The notes below the pieces were generated by a model. It worked only from the letters and a program-made list of their open reading frames with translations. It searched no databases and was not told where the DNA came from. From positions 117,986,001 to 118,050,000 of the forward strand of contig JAGIQG010000001.1 in NCBI GenBank assembly GCA_024679065.1: a stretch of DNA of 64,000 nt. The letters are read 5' to 3'. Numbering within the stretch: the stretch's first letter is position 1; each line of letters begins with the position of its first letter. This stretch comes from Sphyrna mokarran (lineage: Eukaryota). Shown here in pieces: positions 50,186-62,445 of this stretch. The position numbers and the translations under genes are program-made.

Positions 50186-53089
50186 CTAATGACAGACATA
50201 GGAAAGAGATAAATAAGCATGGAACTGTGTCTTTTCTTAAAAAAAAAATCACTAACTTCTATGACATCTCCATAAACTTGATATTTATTATTTCCTTCCT
50301 GACCCCTTCACTTGATTTTCTGAAATGGCAAATGCTGTTTTCAGCATTGATATTCCAAAGCTTTTATCATTACTATGTTCATCAGAACCAATGTTATTCT
50401 GTCCGTCTTCCACTGCAGCTGAAAAGAACATTTTCTTGAATTTGCACTTACTATAGAAATCTTAACCCTTCAATTCAACATACTGCATGTATTTCTCTAT
50501 TGGGAATTCATCATAAGCCAATAAACATTTGATAAATGGCACAGGAAGAGATATGCAAACAAATTTGAAAACAAATACAGAACTAACAGGACTATCATAA
50601 TGATATTGATTTCTACTAAGCAGGATTTCTAGGCTTTGTGGGGTAGAGGCGATGGTGGTGGTGTAGGAAGACTATTAACATCTTCAAAAGACATGGGGTT
50701 TGTTTTGAACAGGTTCTTCCATGGAGACATCTTTGCCTTTCTTTCATTGCCTGTGGTTACATTTTTAAACTGACAACAGATAGGGATTGTGGGTTAAAGG
50801 GGCAAGAATTTCCCACCAGAGCAATCACCTTAACTGATTTCCCAAGTAGAGGTTAAGGGTGAAACGCAACAGACATATACAGCTAGTCTCTGAGATGGTA
50901 GGGGGAACTAGTGCTTTATGATTTTTAACCTCCCTCTGCCTAGGCCCGCTGCTGCTACAAATGCAAACTGACTACAGCATGGTCACAGACTGCTCTGTGG
51001 AATGGTTTCTTCTCCACACTAACAGCTTGACAGCCGGATCCTCTTTTTATTTTCAAGGATCTAAAAAGCTCTCAAAGGATGTCTCCATCTTGAGGCATCC
51101 TCCCTCTCCTTTCTACACCAGCAGCTCCCATGGTAGGGCTACCAATGTGCCCTATTGGTTCTTGAACCTCAGGTACTTACCTGTCATTCTTAATTTCATG
51201 GCAGGCACATCCTTTGGCCACTACTTGGCCTGGTCTCCAAAACTCCTGTCTGGCGTCAGGTATTTTCCAAAGGCAATTGATAATGTTTTTCATTAGCCGT
51301 TTATTAACAAGATAAAGACTATAAGGACAGATGGTCAAGCCTCCCCCAAAACTGATACGCTAGTTGACGATGTATCTACTCAAGGCCATAGCTGGGAGCA
51401 ATGCTCCATTTAGGCTTTGTGGCCGCAACACATGGAGGTTCTCATGCGGGCTGAGTACATGTCAGCTGCTTAAAGTATGCCAGGCCATGCAAACAAATAT
51501 GAAGGGCCCACACACCTAAATAAATAGGCTGTGTACAACAAGAAAAAAATACTGATTGGGATGGCTGGATAAGTTTCAATTTGGATCTCAAATTTTAGTG
51601 AGATGCCAAACTGAATTTCCACTGCAGAATGCTGTTTGGTGCATCAGAAATTCTTTCAGCCTGACTATTCTCACCTAAAACCAGCAGATGGAGCCCATTA
51701 TGGGTAGTGACTGTTAGGAGAGAATGGCTGATTTGAGACCACTCATGCCAACTAAAATATTGTAAAATTCTCTTTTCACGGTGAGGCAGAAACCAATGAA
51801 TGAAAAATGTCAAAATCTCAACATAGGAGGATTATTTTCCAAAGGATTGCGAAGTATAAATGTTAACTTTTTGATTTTATTTATCAGGAAAGTACTGTCC
51901 TCAGATGGTTTAATGATCAATTCCAAATGATAATGTTTTAATTAAGCACACAAACCAGCTATTGCCTAAGCATAAAATTGGAAGTTTAATCTTCCAGCTA
52001 CTGTATTTTCATTAAGATTTACTTGACAGGTCCCCTGAAGACATTGCACTTTGTACTGAATTTACATTTTAATCATGTTTTAAGTCAACTAGAAAAAGCT
52101 AAAAGGGTTGGTGTTAGAAATTAGTCATTTAATCAAGTGTCCAGAGAAGATAAATTGATTTTATAATACAATCAACCTATTTGCTGATTACTCACATTTG
52201 AAAATTTCTAAAAGCTGAATTTTAAAACATGAATAAGTTACATATTTTCTTTGTGAAAATTTAACTCCTGATAATTTCAAATTTCAATGGACTCTTCACT
52301 CGCATCAGAAATTCGGAGCAGCCACCAAGTCAAATAAGTTTCAGTGTTCTTCATATAAGAGAAATGATAACAATAAAACTTGTCCAACAGCAGTCCATCA
52401 AATGCCAGCTGCACAGCTTCTTAAAATTATTACGGTTTTCATAAATATGTATCTGGATGCACTATTTTAATTTAAAGTAAAACCTGAAGCTATAAATCTG
52501 GGATGTTGCAATCCCAATGGGAGACAAAAGGCTGAATATCTTGACTGGTATCATCTCTTGGGTTTTATCTAATAGACGACTACCTTCAGCAGTTGTCAAG
52601 GTCTGGCTGCAGAAGGGAGAGAAAAATGGCCTCGTTATGCTGCAAGGTGGTCTTGCTCAATCACACCAACTACAAGGTCAACTAAGGACTTAATGCTAGA
52701 AAAAAATGTAATAAATATTTACATTTCTTATTATAATATATCTTAAAGGTACACAGTGCCACAGATTGTCCTTTTACACTTGTTAGTCTCTGTCACATTC
52801 CTTATTGTGGGGCCAAAAATGCCACCAGAATGTGCCCAGGTAAATCACAAATAGTAACTTGAAATCCAGACAGGAACTTCCTGCAGCATACATGATGTTT
52901 AATACAGCATAGGTCTAGGCTTGAATATTGGGTGCCTGTTAGTGGGAGCATTTTCCTTTCCAAAGTCCTTGAACATGCTGTCACTACCCCAAATCCACGC
53001 TCATTTTTCCTGGCATACGATGTTTGAATCTCTCGAATTAGGTTTCAATAAAGTCACAAAAGACATTCTATGGGATTATTACAAAGGTT

Positions 53090-53970
53090 AACTTTCCCTC
53101 TTCATCTTTCTCAAACTGTCTGCAGCCTTTAACAAACAGACCACACCATCCAACACCCTCTTCACTGCCTTCTAGCTGTGTGGAACTGCTCACACTTGGT
53201 CTCATTTTTATCTAATTGTAGCCAAATAATCAACTGCAATAGCTTCTCTTCCCACTCTAACACTGTGACCTCTGTGGCCCTCAAGAATCTATCCCTTTTA
53301 TTTCTCATCTGCATGTTGACCTTGGCAATATCACGTGAAAAAGTCACATCAGTTTCCATATGTACAGCGATCACTTCATCACCACTTCCTTCAACTCCTC
53401 TACTGTTACTAAATTGTGAAGACCAAAGCCATAGTCTCAGTCCCCACCAAAATCCCCAATCCCAAGGCATCAACTCCATCCCTCTTCTTGACTGAGGTTG
53501 AGCGAAATGGCTTACAACCTTGGTGTCATTCTTGACCCTGGAATTAGCTGCTGACCACATATCCACACTATCGCTGAGACTGCCTATTTCCACCTCAGTA
53601 ACATTGCTCAAATCTTCCCTAGCCTCAGCTTGTCTGTTGCTGAAAAGTGCATCCATGCATTTTTTGCCTCTAGATTTGTCTATTTCAATACATGTCTGGC
53701 CAGCCTCTGACTGATCACCCTGTGTAAACTTGAAGTCATGTGTTTTACTCTTATCTATCATCTCTGTGCTCATTGACTGATCTACATTGGCTACTGGTCA
53801 AATAGTGCCTCAATTTTAAAATTCTCATCTGCCTTGTCCCTCCCTATTTCTGTCATCTCTGGCCCTATAGTTCTCCATGGTATCTGTGCTCTAGCCACTA
53901 GAGTATCCTCACTTTGAATTGGTCCACAGTTGGTAACCAGGCCTTCAGCTGCCTAAGCCCTAAGCTGAAG
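53090..53970 (+). mobile_element. L2 LINE RT/3' fragment
   Basis: ctgtctgcagcctttaacaaacagaccac (LSAAFxTxDH-like), aaccttggtgtcattcttgaccc (NLGVILD), catctctgtgctcattgac..ctacattggc. Confidence 0.7.
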
Positions 53971-54182
53971 ACTTTCCATAATGGTAAAGGAGACATATTA
54001 CTAATTCATCCATTTTTAGGAACCTTAAATGGCTGCTTTAACAAACATTTGTTTATCTTTTATTCAAAACATGGATTTCCATAAACCCAATAGTGTTGTT
54101 TTCATTGTGTAAAATGTTGCTGAAGCACTCTACACTGCCTGAGCTTGTCAGAATTAGAATATCCTATTGTAATAATGTGACA

Positions 54183-55790
54183 CGTAGAAACTAGAACGAA
54201 AAGTAGGCCATTTGGCCCTTCAAGCCTGCTCCGCCATTCAATTTGATTATGGCTGATCATCAAATTCAATATCTTGATCCTCCCTTTCCCCCATATCCTT
54301 TGATTCCCTTTAGCCCCAAGAGCTAAATCTATTTTTTTCTTGAAATCAGACAATGTTTTGTCCTTAACCACTTTCTGTGATATTGAATGCCACACATTCA
54401 CCTTCTGGGTGAAGAAATTTCTCCTCCCCTCAATTCTAAATGATGTGCCCCTTATCCTTAAACTACAACCCCTAGTTTTGGACTCCCCATCACTAGAGAC
54501 ATTCCTTCTGAGTCTACCCTGTTTAACCCTGTCAGAGTTTTGTAAGTTTCTATGAGAACACCTCTCACTCTTCTGAACTCCAGTGAATATAATCCTAGAC
54601 AACTTAGTTTTTCCTCGTATGATAGACTTGTTGTTCCAGGAATCAGCCTAGTAAACCTTTACTATTCTCCCTCTATAGCAAGGACATCCTTCCTCAGATA
54701 TCAGAATTGCACAATACTCCAGATACAGCCTCACCAATTCCCTATACAATTGCAATAAAACATCCCTATTCCTATCCTCAAATTTTTTTGCTACGAAGGC
54801 TAACATACCATTTCCTTTCTTTAGTGTTTGCTGTTCCTGCATGCTTACTTTCAGTGACTATGCACAAGGACTCCAAGGTTTCGTTAAGTATTCACCTCTC
54901 TCATTACCTCCTTCAATATATACCGATTTATGTAATAATCTGTCTTCCTCCTATTGCTACCAGGGTAGATAACCTCACATTTATCGACATTATATTGCAC
55001 CTCTCATGCAGATGCTCATACCCTCAGTCTGTCCAAATCACTCTGAAGCAGTTTCTGCATCCTCCTCACAGCTCACCCTCCCACTAACTTTGTATCACCT
55101 CCAAACTTGGAGACAATTCATTCAGTTCCCTCAAATCACTGAAGTGTGATGTGAACAGCTGGAGTCCTAGCAACTGCTGCAGACCTCTGCAGAAAAAGAC
55201 CCAATATGTCAATGCTTTGCTTCCTACCTGCTAACCAGCTTTCAATTTATCACAAGACAATACCTGCAATCCTGCATGCTTTAACTTTACATAGTATTCT
55301 GTTACGTGAGACCTTGTTGAAAGCTTCTGAAAGTCTAAATAAACCACATCCACTGGTTCTTCTCAATCAACTCTTTCAAGTTACATCCTCAAAGAATCCC
55401 ATATTGTGAGCAGCTCTATATCAGTAATACACTGGCTTTGGAAGGATTGCATAATGAACTTACCAGAATAACCTCTGGATTCCAGTGGTTAAATTACAAG
55501 AATGCACCAACTGTAGTTATATTGCCTAAGGATTTAGATAGTGCAAAGGTACTTGATCAACATTTTCAAGATTCATCAAGTATAATTTCCTTTTTTTAAA
55601 TCCATGCTGACTTCATCTCATTATACCACTGCCTGCCAAATGCTGAGTTATGAAATCCTTGATAATGAACTCTAGCAACTTGCCTAGTACCAATGTTAGG
55701 TTCACTGGTCTATAATCCCATGTTTTCTCTCTATCTCTCTTCTTTAATAGCAGGGTTACATTAGCTACCCTCCAATCTGTGATTTTTTTT
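54183..55790 (-). mobile_element. CR1 LINE, RT and 3' end, decayed, with an internal insertion near 55405-55580
   Basis: DWRVANVTLLLKKRDREKTWDYRPVNLTLVLGKLLE; LLQLYRELVRLYLEYC; SKTRGCSLRIRG..RRNFFTQ; tail ggcctacttttcgttctagtttcta. Confidence 0.88.
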
Positions 55791-56831
55791 TTCCCCACAT
55801 CGGCCAATTAATGCTTAATAGATAGCAAATTAAGGATGGTGGGCAGATTCTCAAAGCTGAAGGGCCAATCAGAGCCTCTCAAGTTTGAAAGCAGCATCAT
55901 CAGCAAGTAAGTGAGAAAGAGGGTGCCATAAAACGGAGGTGTTTGCTTCAACATTTTCAAGGTGGGAGGCAACAGTGGGGGAATCTTTCCACTGATCAGC
56001 CTGTGGTTACTGCTGAATCCAAGCAGTTCAGGAAGGTCTCTAAATCTGCTTCAAGTGCAGGCATCCAAACTAACTACCAGAAGATGGTCTACAGACAGCT
56101 AAACTATCCCCCATCACGTACAAGTACCTGGCAGCCAACTGGAAAATCTCAATTTTAAACCAGTGGCCTGAGGTGACTATTAATTAGCTGAATTGGAGCA
56201 GGGGAATTGGTGCACCAACTGAGAACTATATTTCATGCCCACTTTTCTCAGTTCCTGACTCATGCTGGCCTTAAAAACCTTCCCTAAAGTTATGGACTGT
56301 ACAGCCTTCATTATGGGGATCTGCCATCTTGAAATGAAAGGTAGATCTTAACTTGCAACATATAAGCCACTTTTTGCATTTTCCTGTATTCCAAGGCTGA
56401 TAATAAAGAACAAGTACTTAATGTGCTTCAGATTCTGATTTTTACATTATTGGCCCCTGTGAACATAGAAAATTCATGTAGTATTGCAATCTTCACAGTA
56501 CTTTGTCAAACTCCAAGATGAACAAAAGAAGGGTGAACTTAGGTAATATTTCTATAATTTATTCTTGCATCAGAGTAATATATGGAGGAAATCAATTTGA
56601 ATTTATTTGTCTACCTAGTAATTAACATTGAAATGTTTTAAATTAAGGAGTGCAATGTTGTTTCGTGAAATTAAAACAAAATGCATAAGATTCACCCAGA
56701 ATAACAAATAAAATTAAAGACACCAAGTATTTGATATCACAAGTACACAGCATTCAAACATTCCTTTCTTCACAGAAATAAATTATTACACAATGGTAAA
56801 TGTCTTTGACACATAAAAGCTTTGTAGTTAC

Positions 56832-57029
56832 CTTTGTGGCCACACTAACATTGGCATTTTTATCCATCAGACGTGAAACCATATCCACATGTCCCTCCTG
56901 TGAAGCCAGGTGGAGGGGGGTCACCCCCTGTTTTGTTAGTGCATTAGTATGAGCTCCATACTCCAATAAGGTGGTGGCAATCTCCATTTGGTTTTTCTTG
57001 GCAGCAATATGCAGAGGCGTATAGCCATT
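56832..57029 (-). CDS. ANK2: ANK2 exon, 198 nt, two ANK repeats ([66 protein letters not shown])
   Basis: Acceptor tttccag (AG at 57030-31), donor AAG|gtaact, phase 0-0, two TPLH motifs; inside ORF 56754..57041. Confidence 0.96.
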
Positions 57030-58065
57030 CTGGAAAGGCATGAATTTTAGATCCGAAGCAATTAGTCTTCACCAGTTTCTGATTGATGCTCAAACATGCT
57101 TTTCAAAATACTAGTCATGAATGTTGCAGTTGAATATCCTGCATGTGGGCACATCACACAGAGTGCAACAGTGTCACCACATCTTGGGAGATTAACCTTC
57201 TTGATCATTGCCTCTCCTGTGTCAGGAGAGTAGGCAAACCCACCAATTGTTAGTTTCAGAATTTGCTGATTAAGATTTCACTCAATTTGTTTGTTTTTAA
57301 TTTGTACATCATTTATCCAAATATAGCTTATTTTTGTTCAACCACATTTTCTAAAATAAAATGTCTTTATCTGGTCAATTTGCAAACACTTTTCATTATC
57401 TCCATACCTAAAACTAAACAGTGTCAGGTATCCAGTTACATTATTAGAGTACAAGGATTTGGTTTGACACCTTCTATTCCACTAATTATGCCTACAGTGG
57501 TAAGCGATTGTGTAAGTGCCTACATGTGCGACTGCAACTCTTTAACCCTTTGGAAAATCGCTTTTCTAGCTATCCATCTTCATTTCATTTGTTTTGGCAT
57601 TCAGTTTTATGCTTGTGATTTAACTCAGTTGAAAATAAATGTTCTCATTCTCATTACACCTAATAATCATCCTGGCAGATTGTGTGTAATTAAAACACAG
57701 ATCCATGGCAACTACAACAACCATTATGAAACATGGCTCCAGCATAAGGCTGTGAATATACAATATTTCAGAATAAATTTTAAAAAATGATGCTTTTTAA
57801 ACACTCCTGTTATTTCTTAATTTTAGTGTATCAACAGAGGAAAGATTTGATGGGGGATAAGGCTTGATGATCATTAATATATATGAACAGTGGACCAGAC
57901 AGCATTTTAAGCATTCAGAATGATTTTCTGTCTCAATTCCACTTTCCTACATACTCCTCAGATCATTTTTGCTCACTCACTAAACCTATCCACATTTCTT
58001 CAGATACCTTTTGTGCTCTCCTCACAGCTTAAATTCCTACTTAACGTCTTATTGTCAACAAGCTT

Positions 58066-58350
58066 ACAGAATCGTACAGTGCAGAATGAGGCCATTTGAC
58101 CTTTCGAGTCTGCACCGACCACAATCCTACCCAGAGCTTATCCCCATAAACCCATGAATTTACCCTCACTAGTCCCTCTGACACTAAAGGGCAATTTAGC
58201 ATAGGCAATCCACCTAACCCACCTTTGGACTGTGGGAAGAAGCCGGAGCACCTGGGGGAAACGCACACAGGCATGGGAAGAACGTGCAAACTGCATACAG
58301 ACAGTGGCCCATGCAGGAATTGAACCTGGGTCCCTTACACTTGAGGCAGG
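58066..58350 (-). mobile_element. V-SINE (HE1-like) with CR1-like tail
   Basis: Same layout and tail as 4562-4907. Confidence 0.8.
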
Positions 58351-58359
58351 AATTCCGCT

Positions 58360-58627
58360 TGACAGATGGTAGAATTTGATTTTGATTTAAAAAACAGTTG
58401 GAATTGAGAATCTACTGGTGACCATAAAATCACTGTTGATTGTTGGAAAAACCCATCTGGTTCACTAATGTCTTTTAGGGAAGGAAATCTGCTGTTCCTA
58501 CCTGGTCTGGCCTACATGTGACTCCAGAGCCACAGCAATATGGTTGACCCTCAAATGTCCTCCAAGGGCAACAACAGATGGGCAATAACTGTTGTGAACC
58601 CATGTCCCACAAATGAATCAAAAAAAT
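58360..58627 (+). mobile_element. Another shark-type SINE, 5'-truncated, A-rich end
   Basis: aaaacccatctggttcactaatgtc..agggaaggaaatctg..ggtctggcctacatgtgactccagagccacagcaat body, ending aatgaatcaaaaaaa; family name not certain. Confidence 0.6.
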
Positions 58628-59574
58628 ATACTGGATAATCTGAAATTGCAGAATTTGGTAATTGCAGTTATCTGTCATTGTTCATTTGGTGTCTTAAGTG
58701 TTTGTGCAATCCTCAGAAGTAAGTGATCAGCAGAACACCCCTCAGTAACCTCCAGGTTGTTGCTGTGCCTCCTCACCAGACCAGGTCACTGCACTAGTGA
58801 TAACAGCAACATCAAGCAGCAGCATGCTATATACATCTGCCTAGACACCAAACATCATTCAGCCTCAGTGATCACAAAAATACTCACTTATCACCACAGT
58901 GCAGATAAATCAAAGGCTAAACCCTATACCTTTCTTTTAAAAAAGCCACTTGATACTTCCAGTTTCTTCATCTTAGTAATTAATATAATTTGTTAATTAC
59001 TAATTATATTAGTAATATACACTAGTACCTGCAAAGCTCTGAATCCATGCACTAGCTTTGTGTTTAGCACCTTAACAAACACATTTTGGAAATCTAAGCA
59101 TACTAAATCTATTGGCCCCCTTTGTCTATCCCACTAGTATCATCCTCAAAAAAAAGATAAATTTGTCTAACACATTATTTCCCTTTTGTAAAATCACAGT
59201 AACTTTGTCTGTTCACACTACATTTTTTTAAGTACGTTTTTCTGACCTCCTTAATAATTAACCGATTTTCCTGATAACTGGTGTCAGGTTAATTGGCCTT
59301 TGGTTCATGCTTTCTCCTCCCTCCTTTCCTGAGTAGGAGTGTTGCATTTGATGACTTCTAATTTACTAAGAAGTTTCTAGAATCTAAGGAAAGTCATCAG
59401 CTTTTGGTGATTTGTTAGCTTTTAGTCCGTTAACTTTCTCTAATATTTCCTCTCTGCGGACATCAATTCTCTTACATTCCTCACATCTTTTAGCCCCTTG
59501 GTGTCTCACTATTTCTGCTATGTTATTTTTCTCTTTTTCTAAAGATAGGCATACAGATTGTTAAGAAAAATAAT

Positions 59575-61485
59575 AGGTCAGAGGATTGGGGACAGTTTAG
59601 CATTCAACAAAGGTGAACTAAGGGATTGATTAAGAAGTGGGAAATACAATATGAAAGTAAGCTTGCAGGGAACATAAAACACTGACACTAAGAGTTTCTA
59701 TAGATACATGAAGAGAAAGAGTTTGGTGAAGACAAATGTAGGTCCCCTACAGACAGAATTGGGGTAATGTATAATAGGGGATAAAGAAATGATTGAGCAA
59801 CTGAATACATACTTTGGTTCTGTCTGCACAAAAGAGGACACAAATTAGACACCAGAAATGTTGGAGAATGCAAGTTTTAGTGAGAGGAAAGAACTAAGGG
59901 AGATCAATATTAGTAGAAAAATGGTACTGGGAAGGTGGATGAGATTAAAGGCAGATAAATCCCAGGGCCTGATCATCCATTTCCCAGAATAATGAAGGAA
60001 GTGGCTCTAGAAATAGTGGGTGCATGAGATTGAAGGGTAGCTAATGTCCAATATTCAAAAAGGGAGGTTGAGAGAAAACAGGGAATGATAGACCAGTAAG
60101 ATTTACATTGGTAGTGGGAAAAATTCTTGAATCCATTATCAAGGACTTTATGACATAGCATTTAGAAAGCAAAGGTAGGATCAAACAGAGTCAGCATGGA
60201 TTTAAAAAGGGGAAATCATGTTTGACAAATCTGTTGAAATTCTTTGAAGTTACAACTAGTAGAACTGACAAGGGGGAGCCTGTCAATATAATATAATTAG
60301 TCTTTCAGAAAGCATTTGACAAGGTCCCACATAAGAGATTAGCGTGTAACATTAAAGCACATGGGATGGTGGAGGGGGTTGAGAAAAGTGCATTGAAATG
60401 GACAGAAAACTAGTTGGCAGAGAGGAACATAAAGAACAGGAATTAAGAGGTGCTTTTCAAATTGGCAGGCAGTAACTAGTAGGGTGCCTCAGGGTGCCTA
60501 GTAGGGTATTGATGCTGGGATCCCAGCTATTCACAATATATATTAATAATTTGGAAGAGGAAACAATATGTAACATCTCAAAGTTTGCAGATGATACCAA
60601 GTTGGGTGAGAGGGTAAACTGTGATGAGGGTACAGAGATTTTACAGGATGATCTGGATAGGATGGTTGAGTTGGTAAATCAGTGGCAGATGCAGTATAAT
60701 TTGGATAAACATGAGGTATTCTCTTTGGAAGCAAAAACAAGAAGACAGATGAATGGCTGTAAATTGGGAGAGTGGAGTGTGCAGTGTAATCTGGGTGTCC
60801 TTGTGCATCAGTCACTGAAGGTGAGCATGCAAGTACAGTAGGTGGTAAAGGAAGCAAATAACATGTTGGCTTTCATTGTGAGAGGTTTCGAGTGCAGGAG
60901 CAGGGATGTATTGTTACAATTATACAAAGTCTTGGTGAGGCCACACCTAGAGTACTGTGCACAATTTTGGTCTCCTTCTCTGAGGAAGGATGTTCTTGCT
61001 GTCAAGAGAGTGCAGCAAAAGTTTACCAGGCTGAGTCTGGGAATGACAGGACTGATGTATGAGGATTAGGATTGTTTTCACTGGAGTTCAGACAAATGAG
61101 GGGGCAATCTCATCAAGACAATTCTAACAAGACTAAACAGAGTAGATGTAGGGAGGATGTTCTCAATGGTGGTTGAGTCCAGAACCAGAGTTCACAGTCT
61201 GAAGATTCAGGGTAGACCATTTAGGATGGAGGTGAGGAGACATTTCTTCACCCAAAGTGGTGAGACAGTGGAATTCATTACCATAGGAAACAGTTAATGC
61301 CAAAACATTGAAAGTATTCAAGAGATGGCTAGATATTACAGTTGGGGCAAATGGGATCAAAGGTTATAGGGAAAGTGCAGGATTAGGCTACTGAGTTAAA
61401 TGATCAGCCATGACTGTAACGAATGACAGAGCAGATTCGAAGGGTCAAATGGCCTCCCCCTGCTCCTATCTTCTTTGCTTCTATA
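59575..61485 (+). mobile_element. CR1 LINE, 5'-truncated, RT to 3' end; inserted in older minus-strand CR1 remnants
   Basis: LGSQLFTIYINNL..ISKFADDTKLG; LYKVLVRPHLEYCAQFWSP; tttcagaaagcatttgacaaggtcccacat ([10 protein letters not shown]); tail ggcctccccctgctcctatcttctttg. Confidence 0.9.
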
Positions 61486-61689
61486 AGACAACATATAATT
61501 TCTTCATTTCCCCATAATAAACTTTCCTGTCCCTGTCACTGAAAGATCAACAGTTATTTGAACTATTCCTCTTTTTTGCCTATTTACAAAATTTCTTGCA
61601 ATCTGTTTTTATATTCCTGGATTGTTATTGTGTTTTTCCTTCTTTCAAATTCATCACCATTCTTAGCAACAAGTTTATCCATCAGAAAC

Positions 61690-62445
61690 GGGCACAGGGC
61701 TGCACAATTTATTTAAATCAACATTTAAATCTATTATACATCTCATTAGCAGGCCCAGGACTGAAGACTCTGGGCTCATGAGCATCTCCATGCCGCCCCG
61801 GTCAGAAGTGGTTAGCTCCAGCAGGATTTACTATAGCTCTCCACTTCTGGGGAGCTGGCTGCCCAACTCCGCTGAAGTGCTGAGGGGACCATTAAGGCCC
61901 CACAGAGGATCCCATTAAGGCCCCGCAGAGGATCAGAGGGTGCCCCTGGACATGACCACAATGGAAGTACCAGCTTGGGCTCTCTGGCACTGCCCAAGGG
62001 CCAAAGTGCCAATGCCATGCCCAGGGACATCTTGGCACTGCCCACTGGGCATCAAGTGCCAAGCAGACAGGGCCTAATTTTCTGGGGGGAGAGATGGGGA
62101 GATCAGTGGAAGTGGGAGGTCCCATTGCCACGCTGCAATTAGGCTGGGTAACTGAGCGCTGGCCATTGCAATGGTGGTGGGCTGGGTCAAGATAAGTCAT
62201 GTTCATGAACCAACGAACGAGCTGGCCAGCAATCAAGAGGCCAGCACTGCAAGGCTGCTGCATGTGCTGATCTCAATGCCGAGAGCAGTCTGCTCGGCAC
62301 TATCCTGCCAGCCCCTCCGATGGGATTTTTTTTGTGCTCTGCAGTACAGAGTATGGGAGGTTCATTTTGAAACTCTAGTGTGTGATTTATTCCAGATTTT
62401 ACATAAATTTGATACTTAGAATCTTTTTGGGAAAATCACCCCCAA
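61690..62445. repeat. Second copy of the GC-rich non-autonomous element, with an internal 23-bp tandem duplication
   Basis: Blocks shared with 26460-27320; cattaaggcccc.cagaggatc occurs twice at about 61890-61934. Confidence 0.6.

Larger units (their letters stand above)
737..57029 (-). other. ANK2: Ankyrin-2 (ankyrin-B) gene, internal part: 9 constitutive-looking exons from the C-terminal ANK repeats to the end of the MBD-ZU5 linker; gene extends beyond both ends
   Basis: Nine GT-AG exons join in frame (1007 nt, no stop). ANK2-type peptides include [63 protein letters not shown] and [29 protein letters not shown]. These differ from the ANK1/ANK3 equivalents as I recall them. Confidence 0.95.

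Noticed and set aside
53162-53773. Longest ORF in the track (203 aa, minus strand)
   Set aside because: Antisense reading of a decayed L2 LINE; no domain motifs and no splice context.
57263-57790. 175-aa hydrophobic plus-strand ORF
   Set aside because: AT-rich intronic sequence with a non-ATG start, antisense to ANK2, no recognisable family.
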